Source of the DNA: a virus | UHGV virus genome: UHGV-0127759 | Reading direction: 5' to 3' (one strand) | DNA: 36,118 nt | Shown: in pieces, positions 7,720 to 15,740 of the stretch | Position numbering within the stretch: the stretch's first letter is position 1 | How the letters are laid out: every line of letters begins with the position of its first letter | Notes under the pieces: generated by a model | The model's input: the letters and a program-made list of their open reading frames with translations, nothing else | Database searches by the model: none | What the model was told of the DNA's origin: nothing | Translations under genes and position numbers: made by a program

Positions 7720-7948
7720 GTTTTTCGAGTTCATCCTTAGATTTTTTAATGGGATATTTTTCAGCAGTTTCTTTAGATGCACCCAAAATAAAGAATGATG
7801 ACGCAAAACCTTGTACCGCCCAAGAACCATCAATAGATTCTTGGACAATTGATAATATTTTCCAATCATGATCAAGTAAAAGATTTACAAGCTCTGTTTC
7901 ACTAGTATCAATTTTTTCAACTCTATCAACATCATAATTTAGCAACAT
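7694..7948 (-). CDS. Hypothetical protein encoded antisense to the early operon
   Basis: Strong RBS GCGAGGTGATT before the ATG (MLLNYDVDR...). It is convergent with and 3'-overlaps 7501..7719. Confidence 0.55.
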   Translation of the reverse strand: MLLNYDVDRVEKIDTSETELVNLLLDHDWKILSIVQESIDGSWAVQGFASSFFILGASKETAEKYPIKKSKDELEKLIEKKYGF

Positions 7949-7998
7949 AATCACCTCGCTTTTACGAATAGTATAACAAAGAATAGGAGCAAAAATAT

Positions 7999-8151
7999 AT
8001 GAGTAACGATTTAGATGTAATAGCAGATCAAATTATAATAGCAGTGATTGAACCGTTTTTACCTGCTTTGTATGAATTTCAAGAAAGTACAAAAGATATG
8101 ATTAAAAAAATGCAAGAACTTATAAAGAAGCAATGGATTTACAACGAATGA
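7999..8151 (+). CDS. Small hypothetical protein (50 aa) whose first five codons duplicate the recT start
   Basis: ATAGGAGC RBS followed by ATG. MSNDL... shares a 17-nt exact match with the recT start at 8376-8392. Confidence 0.4.
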   Translation: MSNDLDVIADQIIIAVIEPFLPALYEFQESTKDMIKKMQELIKKQWIYNE

Positions 8152-8377
8152 TAGATTCTAAAGTCGACAGCATTTTGTTAGATGTCTTTGGTAATGAGGA
8201 CACCATGAGAAAGGATAACGCGTTTAGATTACTAAGTGCGACTTTATTATGGACGTACAAAGAAATAGAAAAAGAAGCTATGAATCAAGAAATCAATCCA
8301 TAGCAAAGTTTGTTGTAAATTTCAGATGTATGCATAATGCTCACTTAAAAATATTATACCAAGAAAGGAACATAAAT

Positions 8378-9349
8378 ATGAGTAACGATTTAACACAAAT
8401 GACACAACGATCTTTAGATGAACAAGTCATCGGAAATTTAAATAGATTGCAAGAGCAAGGATTAGAAATGCCGCCAGGCTATAGCCCACAGAATGCTTTG
8501 AAAAGTGCTTTCTTTGAACTAACCAACAATTCAGGAGGAAACCTTCTTCAGTTGGCAGCTAACAACCCTGAAACTAAAACATCTATTTCTAACGCGTTAC
8601 TAGATATGGTCATCCAAGGATTATCACCAGCAAAAAAACAATGTTATTTCATCAAATATGGAAATAAAGTCCAGCTTATGCGTTCATATTTCGGAACCAT
8701 GGCTGTATTAGATCGAGTAACAGGAGGGGCAGATATCACGCCTGTTGTAGTAAGAGAAGGCGATGTATTTGAAATTGCTATGGACGGGCCCGACTTAGTT
8801 GTGGCTAAACATGAAACATCCTTCGAAAACCTAGACAACGACATCAAGGCTGCTTATGTGGTTATTAAGCTAGCAAATGGTAAAGAAGTAACAACGGTCA
8901 TGACTAAAAAACAAATCGATAAGTCATGGAGTAAAGCAAAAACAAAAAATGTTCAAAACGATTTCCCAGAAGAAATGGCAAAAAGAACAGTCATCAATCG
9001 AGCTGCTAAATATTTAATTAACACTAGTAACGATAATGATTTATTTGTGCAAGCTGCTAAAGACACGCTCGAAAATGAATTCGAACGAAAAGATGTGACA
9101 CCAGAGCGAGAAGAACAAACAGCGGTACTCGAAGAAAAAATATTTACCAACAATAAAAAAGTTATTGAGCAAGAAAACGATATTGAACAAGCCAAACCAA
9201 TTGAAAAAGATGATTTAACGAAAGTGGCGGACCAAATTTTAGAAGAACCAGTTCAGGAAACTTTAGATGTGATGGCTGGTTATGAAACCAATCAGAAAGA
9301 GAGTGAAGCTGATGTCTCAACGATTGAAGAAGACGATTATCCTTTCTGA
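8378..9349 (+). CDS. recT: RecT-family single-strand annealing recombinase
   Basis: ATG follows AGAAAGGAA. It has a core CYFIKYGNKVQLMRSYFG typical of RecT and an acidic C-terminal tail. It is paired with a downstream nuclease. Confidence 0.65.
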   Translation: MSNDLTQMTQRSLDEQVIGNLNRLQEQGLEMPPGYSPQNALKSAFFELTNNSGGNLLQLAANNPETKTSISNALLDMVIQGLSPAKKQCYFIKYGNKVQLMRSYFGTMAVLDRVTGGADITPVVVREGDVFEIAMDGPDLVVAKHETSFENLDNDIKAAYVVIKLANGKEVTTVMTKKQIDKSWSKAKTKNVQNDFPEEMAKRTVINRAAKYLINTSNDNDLFVQAAKDTLENEFERKDVTPEREEQTAVLEEKIFTNNKKVIEQENDIEQAKPIEKDDLTKVADQILEEPVQETLDVMAGYETNQKESEADVSTIEEDDYPF

Positions 9350-10127
9350 CGAAAATTATTATTCACAAGAAGCGGACCTAGCTTATATGTCTGTCTCTCA
9401 ATATAAAAAATTTCTTGAATGTGAAGCTGCAGCTCTTGCCAAGTTAAAAGGCGAATGGACACCAGAAAACGATCCTAAAGCATTGCTAGTTGGTAATTAT
9501 GTTCATTCTTACTTTGAATCACCAGAAATTCATGAAGCATTCAAAGAAGAAAACAAAAGCAAGATGTTTTCTTCAAGAAAGCCGTTTGGTCTGCTGAAAG
9601 ATTTCCAAATTGCGGAGCAGATGATTGAAAGATTAAAACAAGAAGAAGCCTTTTTAAATATTTATCAAGGCGAAAAAGAAGTGATCGTCACAGGTGAAAT
9701 TGGCGGTGCAATGTGGAAAGGGAAAATTGATTGTTTGAATTTAGAAGAAAAGTATTTTGTAGACATCAAAACAACCAAAGATATGCACGAGAAAAAGTGG
9801 GACGAACGTTTAAACAGAAAAGCAAACTTCATTGAACGCTTCGGTTACGTGTTACAAATGGCTGTTTATTGCGAATTGCTTCGTCAACAATATGACAAAA
9901 ATTTTCTTCCTCTCATTGCAGCCGTTTCGAAACAAACACCTAGTGAAGCAAAACTAATCACTCTTAGCGAAGAAAAAATGATATACGAATTAGAAGAATT
10001 AAAAGAAAACATCGAGCATGTTGTACGAGTGAAAAACGGTGAAGAAGAACCAGTTAGTTGTGGGATTTGTGAATATTGTAGAGGACACAACAAAATTACA
10101 AATTTTACCAGTATGGACGATTTATAG
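9312..10127 (+). CDS. PD-(D/E)XK (Cas4/RecB-like) exonuclease, partner of RecT
   Basis: VDIKTTKD motif and a C-terminal Cys cluster (CGICEYCRGH). The start overlaps the recT end. Confidence 0.65.
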   Translation: MSQRLKKTIILSDENYYSQEADLAYMSVSQYKKFLECEAAALAKLKGEWTPENDPKALLVGNYVHSYFESPEIHEAFKEENKSKMFSSRKPFGLLKDFQIAEQMIERLKQEEAFLNIYQGEKEVIVTGEIGGAMWKGKIDCLNLEEKYFVDIKTTKDMHEKKWDERLNRKANFIERFGYVLQMAVYCELLRQQYDKNFLPLIAAVSKQTPSEAKLITLSEEKMIYELEELKENIEHVVRVKNGEEEPVSCGICEYCRGHNKITNFTSMDDL

Positions 10128-10141
10128 GAGGTGCATAACGA

Positions 10142-10897
10142 ATGAATGCTGGTTACGTCAAATTGTATCGTAAGGTAATGGATTCATTCGTATGGACTAA
10201 TCCTTACATGTACAAATTGTGGAACTTGTGTTTGATGAAAGCTAGCCACGAAAACAGAAAATTTCTTTTTAATGGAAAAGAAATATGGTTGAACAGCGGA
10301 GAATTCGTCACAGGGCGCGACGCAATAACGTTTGAGATGAATAAAGGTGTCAAACGTGAACATCAAGTGAACAGCGGTTCTGTATGGAGATGGTTAAAAC
10401 GATTTGAAAAAGAAGGAATGTTGAACATCAAATCAACTACGAAATACAGCGTCGTATCAATAAATAACTGGGATGATTATCAAGCAAGTGAACATCAAGT
10501 GAACATCAAACGAACAACAAGTGAACAACAAGTGCACACAAACAAGAATGAAAAGAATGATAAGAATGAAAAGAATGTTGTAGTAGTAGAAGAGCAGCAG
10601 TCAGTTTTTCAACTTTATCAATCAATTTTCGGAATGCTAAATTCGGTCACTACTCAAAATTTAGAGTACTGGTGTAATGATTTATCAACTGAATTAGTAA
10701 GTGAAGCTTTAAAAATTTCCGCAAAATCAAATGCTAGAAATTTCAAATATACAGAAAGCATTTTGAGAAATTGGGAACAAGAAGGCGTTAAAACTTTAGA
10801 TGATGTAAAAGCTTTAGCCGTAAAAAGAGAACGTAATACAACCAAGCAACAGAAATCAAACACAGGTCATTCGGATTACGATGATCTTGGATTTTAG
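10142..10897 (+). CDS. DnaD-domain replisome organiser / replication initiator
   Basis: The C-terminal DnaD-like region contains NFKYTESILRNWEQEGVKTLDDVKA. An iteron array lies inside the gene. Confidence 0.7.
   Translation: MNAGYVKLYRKVMDSFVWTNPYMYKLWNLCLMKASHENRKFLFNGKEIWLNSGEFVTGRDAITFEMNKGVKREHQVNSGSVWRWLKRFEKEGMLNIKSTTKYSVVSINNWDDYQASEHQVNIKRTTSEQQVHTNKNEKNDKNEKNVVVVEEQQSVFQLYQSIFGMLNSVTTQNLEYWCNDLSTELVSEALKISAKSNARNFKYTESILRNWEQEGVKTLDDVKALAVKRERNTTKQQKSNTGHSDYDDLGF
10356..10377. repeat. Two additional copies of the origin iteron (CAAGTGAACA)
   Basis: ACGTGAACATCAAGTGAACAG. Confidence 0.5.
10486..10577. repeat. Putative origin: five tandem 11-bp iterons, then four copies of a 9-bp (A)AGAATGA(A/T)A repeat
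   Basis: CAAGTGAACAT, CAAGTGAACAT, CAAACGAACAA, CAAGTGAACAA and CAAGTGCACAC show 11-bp periodicity. They are followed by AAGAATGAAAAGAATGATAAGAATGAAAAGAATG. Confidence 0.65.
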
Positions 10898-10908
10898 GAA
10901 GTGAAAGA

Positions 10909-11748
10909 ATGCAGTCAGCATCAGATGGATTTTCGAAAATGATTAAAACGTTGCTTTATATCACACCGGATCCATGTCCAGAGTGCGGAGGAAATCTTTA
11001 TGCTTGGCGTGCAAAAAACAAAGATGGGTCCGATAGATGTCCGCCAACTTGTATGGAATGCGGATATAAAGCACGTAAAAAAGCAGAAGACCTCGAAACA
11101 GAGAAAATGTTTAACGATAGTTTGAAAGCTAGAGCGATTAATTACCTGAAATATAGCTCGCTTTATACCGACAAAAATTTAATTAATTGTCGTTTTAAAA
11201 CATACAAAACAGTAGACACAGAAACCAAGCTTGCTTTTGAAATTGCAAATCGAGCCACAACTGAAATTCTTTTGAATAAACCAATTCATATGATTCTTTC
11301 AGGCAAAAGTGGTGTTGGTAAAAGTCATTTAGCTATGTCAACGGCTTGGGAAGTGTTGGAGAAATCAAACTATGATAAACGCTGCTTATTTATTAGCTAT
11401 GCGGAACTCTTAGAACAACTAAAATTTGCGATGAAAGATGAACAAGCCAGAAAGACAATAACAGGAACCTTAATGGCAGAGATAAAAAGCGCTGATTTAG
11501 TTGTTTTGGACGACTTAGGGGCCGAGTTAGGCGTTAAAGGGAATGACAGTACCAACTTCAATAATGACACCTTAAATCGCATTGTAGAAGCTCGGCAGAA
11601 TAAAGCAACAGTATTTACAACGAACTTAACAGGTAAAGAAATGAGTCAAGCTTATGGGGAGAGAATCCTTTCTCGCATCATGAGTAATTCACAAGGTTTT
11701 GTGATGAAAATTGAGGGAACATCGGATAAGCGAGTATCAGGTATCTAA
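10909..11748 (+). CDS. DnaC/IstB-like AAA+ helicase loader with an N-terminal Zn-ribbon
   Basis: Walker A GKSGVGKSHLA and Walker B LVVLDDLG. The N-terminus has CPECGG...CPPTCMECG. Confidence 0.8.
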   Translation: MQSASDGFSKMIKTLLYITPDPCPECGGNLYAWRAKNKDGSDRCPPTCMECGYKARKKAEDLETEKMFNDSLKARAINYLKYSSLYTDKNLINCRFKTYKTVDTETKLAFEIANRATTEILLNKPIHMILSGKSGVGKSHLAMSTAWEVLEKSNYDKRCLFISYAELLEQLKFAMKDEQARKTITGTLMAEIKSADLVVLDDLGAELGVKGNDSTNFNNDTLNRIVEARQNKATVFTTNLTGKEMSQAYGERILSRIMSNSQGFVMKIEGTSDKRVSGI

Positions 11749-11886
11749 AATGTTGTTTTTAGCGAATATATTCAGCTTAGGACAGTTTTACAATCAAGTG
11801 AATATAAATAGATGCAAAGAAAGAAAAACGGCTTAAAACGCATTTTAAAGCCTTAAAAACAAATCGATAGAAAGGGGAATCATTCA

Positions 11887-12156
11887 ATGCCGTATGTAGT
11901 GAAAATTTCAGCCTATCTTGGCAAAGATGGTCGACCAGTAGCCAATTTAAAAGATGCTGTGCTATTTGAGCATAAAGAGACAGCAGCTATTGCAACAATC
12001 GTATCTGGCGGAACCGTTTCAGAAGTAAAGGAAGCCATTATAATGCCAGAAAAACCGAAGAAACATATAGGGAAATCTATTAAACGGATTGATAAGAAGG
12101 AACCGACCGAAAAAGCTACCAAAAGTAATCAAGCCTGGATGAAAGGGGCTAAATAA
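11887..12156 (+). CDS. Hypothetical protein
   Basis: 89 aa with an AAAGGGGAAT RBS. Confidence 0.5.
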   Translation: MPYVVKISAYLGKDGRPVANLKDAVLFEHKETAAIATIVSGGTVSEVKEAIIMPEKPKKHIGKSIKRIDKKEPTEKATKSNQAWMKGAK

Positions 12157-12158
12157 GA

Positions 12159-12326
12159 ATGAAGTGTGTTAGATGTCAAGATCAGCGTGTGATTTGGGGA
12201 AAAGACAGATTTAATTATGCAACACCTATTCCATGCCCAGAATGCAATAAAGATGGAAAAGCAGTTCGAGCGGAAACTGCGACCAAAGAAAGGGAGTTAA
12301 AACAATGCAATCCCCAACAGCCCTGA
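12159..12326 (+). CDS. Small Zn-ribbon protein (55 aa; CxxC...CxxC)
   Basis: MKCVRCQDQ...PCPECNKDG. ATG follows AAGGGG. This ORF is absent from the supplied track, which only lists ORFs of 60 aa or more. Confidence 0.45.
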   Translation: MKCVRCQDQRVIWGKDRFNYATPIPCPECNKDGKAVRAETATKERELKQCNPQQP

Positions 12327-12775
12327 ATAAGCGAGGAAATAAAGTCACGATTGATGGTTACACATTTGATAGCCAGAAGGAAGCAAACTTTTATACAAAG
12401 TTTGTCAAAAATTGTGGGTTACCTTTTGAAGTTCATCCGCGTTTTAAACTAACCGAACTTACACCAACTGCGGATGGTATAGGTAAAATTTCGGCGATAG
12501 CTTATTCACCTGACTTCATCATAAAAAACTTAGATGGAAGTTGGAGACATGTCATTGACATTAAAAACTCTTTTGGCGTGTATGGCATTGACCAATCCGT
12601 TAAGCTTCGTTTTCGTCTATTTGCCCTTAGATATGGTCATCCAGTTGAAGCGGTTGTTGTTCGTGCTAGAGATTTTAAAGTGATCACACAAGGCGTAACT
12701 AAGCCTTTAAACGAAAAAAGACCATTCATAACCGATAATTTCGATTACGAATGGAAAGATGCAACTAATTATTAA
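12305..12775 (+). CDS. DUF1064-family phage protein
   Basis: GYTFDSQKEANFY...IAYSPDFII...WRHVIDIKN...KLRFRLFALRYG matches the DUF1064 pattern (recalled from memory). Confidence 0.6.
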   Translation: MQSPTALNKRGNKVTIDGYTFDSQKEANFYTKFVKNCGLPFEVHPRFKLTELTPTADGIGKISAIAYSPDFIIKNLDGSWRHVIDIKNSFGVYGIDQSVKLRFRLFALRYGHPVEAVVVRARDFKVITQGVTKPLNEKRPFITDNFDYEWKDATNY

Positions 12776-12794
12776 ACGAAAGTAGGAAAATAAA

Positions 12795-13400
12795 ATGACA
12801 AAACAAGTAAATTTTAGACCAGAAGTGAAAAAAGTGACATCTAAATCAAACGGAAATATCGAAGTGCTATTAGTGGTTAGCAACGCTTCATTAAAAGGAA
12901 AATATGAAAGTTTAAACGAATTTTTAGGTAAAACAGTATCAACGACCATTGAGCCAGAAACAGTAGAATACAAGGTACCAGTTAACAAGCAGACGAATAA
13001 GCCAAATGTCGAATACGTTGTAAACAACGACGGAACAGTTGAAGTTCTAAAAGAAGAACAAACTTCTTTAGAAATGGGCGATGATGTGCAAGGAGTCGAA
13101 GAAGTTGCTGTGCAAGTATCGAAAGAAACCATTGACGAATTCATCAAGAAAGCAACGACTATCGAATGGCCAGAATCAGTAACAATCAACGTTCGTGGCG
13201 TGTTGCATCGAATCGATGAAGGGGAAGCGCTAGAAGAAATTGCAGCTGATCATGATGTTTCAGTTGATAATCTAATCAATCAAGTAGAAATCGCACGCCA
13301 ACATTTTGCACCGTTTGCAGATTCTTGGAGCAAAAACAAAGAGAACATCATTTTCCCTGAAAAGACAGATGAAGATGGTGAAGAAGAAACCGAAGAATAA
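12795..13400 (+). CDS. Hypothetical acidic protein
   Basis: 201 aa with an acidic C-terminus (DEDGEEETEE). RBS AGGAAAA. Confidence 0.55.
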   Translation: MTKQVNFRPEVKKVTSKSNGNIEVLLVVSNASLKGKYESLNEFLGKTVSTTIEPETVEYKVPVNKQTNKPNVEYVVNNDGTVEVLKEEQTSLEMGDDVQGVEEVAVQVSKETIDEFIKKATTIEWPESVTINVRGVLHRIDEGEALEEIAADHDVSVDNLINQVEIARQHFAPFADSWSKNKENIIFPEKTDEDGEEETEE

Positions 13401-13415
13401 TCTCGTAGAAAGTGA

Positions 13416-13622
13416 GTGTTCATTTTGCTGGAGATTTATTACACTCCAACATCCGCAATAATAGCGGATGCATTGGCTAAAACATATGAAGTTGTTTCTT
13501 TAGAAATAGCTAGAAATATTGCCAAGAAATTTAAGGCTAGTTTGAAGCAGAAAACGGATCTTTATGTGATTGAGGGAATTTTGATTGACGCTGGTTATCA
13601 AAAAGAGCCAGTGAGTTTGTAA
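13416..13622 (+). CDS. Hypothetical small protein (start uncertain: GTG at 13416 or TTG at 13425)
   Basis: ORF with a weak RBS. Confidence 0.35.
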   Translation: MFILLEIYYTPTSAIIADALAKTYEVVSLEIARNIAKKFKASLKQKTDLYVIEGILIDAGYQKEPVSL

Positions 13623-13673
13623 GAAAGCGAGTTAAGAAGATGATTCCAAAAATAGAAGTATGGTAGATCGATT

Positions 13674-13703
13674 ACAACAAAAAAACAGCCACGAATGGCT
13701 GTT
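13674..13703 (-). terminator. Minus-strand rho-independent terminator
   Basis: AACAGCCA-CGAA-TGGCTGTT stem-loop, followed on the minus strand by TTTTTTGTTGT. It lies just past the stop of 13708..13956. Confidence 0.65.
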
Positions 13704-13707
13704 TAAA

Positions 13708-13956
13708 TCAATTGTACATTAGTTCATTGCACCTGTCGTTTGCTTGAACGAGGGTACTGAATTTTTCAATGTCAATATCTAATATCGATAAACATAGTTC
13801 AATGTTTCTTAGTTCTTTTAAATTTAATACGGCGTAAAAATGTGGAATCAAAAAATTGAGAGGAGTAACTTTTTGCGGTAGATTTGCTTTAATACGTGAA
13901 GAATACAGCCGATAGTTCAAGCTATAAACTTTGACGGGATAAAAATTAGTATTCAT
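13708..13956 (-). CDS. Hypothetical protein, an independently transcribed minus-strand moron
   Basis: RBS AGGTG lies 6 nt before the ATG. Minus-strand terminators sit on both sides of it. Confidence 0.5.
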   Translation of the reverse strand: MNTNFYPVKVYSLNYRLYSSRIKANLPQKVTPLNFLIPHFYAVLNLKELRNIELCLSILDIDIEKFSTLVQANDRCNELMYN

Positions 13957-14069
13957 ACGAACACCTACTTTCTGTCACTATTTAAGAGTAACACGAAATG
14001 TTAGTAATGTCGGTTGCAAAATGTAAATATAAAGAAACCTTAACAAAAATATTTTAGATAGAGAAATAT

Positions 14070-14094
14070 AAAAAAAGCCAGCCGACCACTGGCT
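14070..14094 (-). terminator. Minus-strand rho-independent terminator
   Basis: AGCCAG-7 nt-CTGGCT followed by T7 on the minus strand. Confidence 0.65.
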
Positions 14095-14250
14095 GACTAA
14101 GAAGAATATTTTACCAGAAAAGTGGTAGCTTGTGATATGTGAGGTTACTTTGCCCCAAACATTGGTCACAATAAAAATATTTTATCATGAGTAAAGAAAG
14201 CTGCCAATAAAAAAAGCCGGATTCCTCCGACCGTGGGTAATATTCTCGAC
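14070..14250 (-). ncRNA. Candidate ~180-nt small RNA transcribed divergently from the arpU start region
   Basis: An extended -10 TGGTATAAT on the minus strand (complement of 14257-14265) and the intrinsic terminator at 14070-14094. The only ORF inside is a 25-codon ORF without an RBS. Confidence 0.35.
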
Positions 14251-14284
14251 ACGAATATTATACCATAAACGGGGGAATCAAAGG

Positions 14285-14752
14285 ATGGTACTTTTTGACG
14301 TAAAGAAATATGAAACACCAGATGCAAAGGATGTAGACATGGAACAAACTAAACATAACGTCAGTGTATTCTTGTCTGCGTACCTTGCTGCTAGATGTCG
14401 TGTTGGCCAGCCGAGGGAACCAAAAGTAACAGCTTCATTCTCTTTGGTTCCACCATCAACGGCCAATAACGTTTTCGAAGCCGAACAAATGTTAATCCAG
14501 AAAGAAGAAGCCCAAGAAGAGTTTGATTACCTTCATAAGCTTTTTGTTAGAGGTTATTCTGCGATTCAACATCCGCACAAACCAGATGTAACGGAGAGAA
14601 GAAAAAGAATCTTCTATGATCGCTATATCAACGGCAATCCAATCTATCTAGCAGCACAACGAAACTGTATCAGTGAAGAATCAGTGAAACAAGAATCTAA
14701 CATGATTATTGTTCAATTCGCTTCGGCACTGGAACTGGTTGCTTTTAAGTAG
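14285..14752 (+). CDS. ArpU/Alt-family late-gene transcriptional activator
   Basis: About 155 aa with a sigma-region-4-like C-terminus (IYLAAQRNCISEESVKQES). Its position, between the replication module and packaging, is typical of Alt/ArpU. Confidence 0.55.
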   Translation: MVLFDVKKYETPDAKDVDMEQTKHNVSVFLSAYLAARCRVGQPREPKVTASFSLVPPSTANNVFEAEQMLIQKEEAQEEFDYLHKLFVRGYSAIQHPHKPDVTERRKRIFYDRYINGNPIYLAAQRNCISEESVKQESNMIIVQFASALELVAFK

Positions 14753-14759
14753 CCATTTA

Positions 14760-14814
14760 TTACACTTTTTATACCTCTTTTATACACTTTATCTACACTT
14801 CATATACCTTTGAA
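14760..14814. repeat. Five phased 11-bp direct repeats with core TAC(A/C)CT, a candidate activator-binding array / late promoter
   Basis: ttACACttttt, atACCTctttt, atACACtttat, ctACACttcat and atACCTttgaa lie immediately after the arpU stop. Confidence 0.45.
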
Positions 14815-14972
14815 ACGGGTTATTATGATAGTGTCAAAAAAATAAGAAATGCGACACACTTACACAAATACATTAACGGAACGATTGCCTACTTATTTTT
14901 TTGATTTGAGATTACAAGGAAGTAAAAAAATTCTACTTTCTTCGTTTAGTCACTTGTGATCTCATTTAGATT

Positions 14973-15049
14973 CTCTCGCAAACCACCAATTATAAAACTA
15001 AAGAAGTGAGGTGAATTTCCTCTCTCTTTTTTCTACAGGTTTGCGAGAG
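14973..15049. repeat. 12-bp perfect inverted repeat CTCTCGCAAACC / GGTTTGCGAGAG with a 53-nt spacer, ending 4 nt before the tRNA
   Basis: The two arms are exact reverse complements. Confidence 0.6.
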
Positions 15050-15053
15050 TTAA

Positions 15054-15125
15054 TGGAGCATAGCTTAATCGGTAGAGCAGCGGTCTCGAAAACCGTTAGT
15101 ATAGGTTCGAGTCCTATTGTTCCAG
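15054..15125 (+). tRNA. tRNA gene, anticodon CGA (decodes UCG) but with a class-I 4-nt variable loop; identity uncertain
   Basis: Manual cloverleaf: acceptor TGGAGCA/TGTTCCA (one G-U pair), D-arm GCTT-AATCGGTA-GAGC, anticodon arm GCGGT-CTCGAAA-ACCGT, T-arm ATAGG-TTCGAGT-CCTAT, discriminator G. No CCA is encoded. Confidence 0.6.
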
Positions 15126-15205
15126 TAAGTGGCATAAGCTACTTAAATAATATAGATCGTCAATGAATGTTCGGACAAACAAATTGGCGCTACTACCTTT
15201 CACGA

Positions 15206-15235
15206 GGGCTGCATTTATATGCAGTCCTTTTTGTT
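15206..15235 (+). terminator. Rho-independent terminator after the tRNA
   Basis: GGGCTGCAT-TTAT-ATGCAGTCC followed by TTTTTG. Confidence 0.6.
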
Positions 15236-15400
15236 TGAGACAAAAATTGATACTTAAGGCTCTAGTTACAGAGGTAGCCAGAGTACTTTCTAAATAAACT
15301 TCTCTATTTGTCTTTTGGACAAATTTACGTATGAAGGCGCCTATTAATGTAGATAACTAAAATAAATCTACAAATATATAAAGAAAGGAAAAATAGTGAT

Positions 15401-15655
15401 ATGGAAGAATTTAATAAATTATTACAAAGCAACAATTATTCTCAAATAAAGATGGAGGAAAATAATATGTTTAAAAATGGAAAAATCTTGTCTGCTAAAG
15501 GAGTTATGATTAGTTACATTAACATTATGAATGGAAAAAATAGAAAACGAGATCAAAAAAAAGCTGCAAAAGATCTTTTAAAAATGAAGCAGCATTTAAT
15601 TAAAGAAGGGCTGTGGGATGCTAACGAGGCAAGAATATTAGACTTGTTAAGTTAA
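15401..15655 (+). CDS. Hypothetical protein
   Basis: 84 aa with an AAAGGAAAAA RBS. It is followed by a terminator. Confidence 0.45.
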   Translation: MEEFNKLLQSNNYSQIKMEENNMFKNGKILSAKGVMISYINIMNGKNRKRDQKKAAKDLLKMKQHLIKEGLWDANEARILDLLS

Positions 15656-15689
15656 TGTATATATTCCTTACCAAAGTTAAAAGTTCAAA

Positions 15690-15719
15690 AGAGATTGCTA
15701 AGTGCAATCTCTTTTTTTA
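15690..15719 (+). terminator. Rho-independent terminator
   Basis: AGAGATTGC-TAAGT-GCAATCTCT followed by T7. Confidence 0.7.
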
Positions 15720-15740
15720 TTTTGAAAGGAGGTTTGATTT

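Noticed and set aside
12707-13189. 160-aa minus-strand ORF
   Set aside because: It lies entirely antisense to the well-supported acidic-protein gene 12795..13400, its product is low-complexity S/T/F-rich, and there is no RBS. It is most likely a shadow ORF.
14278-14466. 62-aa minus-strand ORF overlapping the arpU 5' half
   Set aside because: It is antisense to arpU and sits upstream of, not downstream of, the minus-strand promoter identified at ~14257-14265, with no RBS.
15288-15305. Operator-like CTCTATTTGT upstream of the first late gene, resembling the switch-region 10-mer
   Set aside because: It is a single AT-rich 10-mer match, which is expected by chance in a genome of this size and composition.
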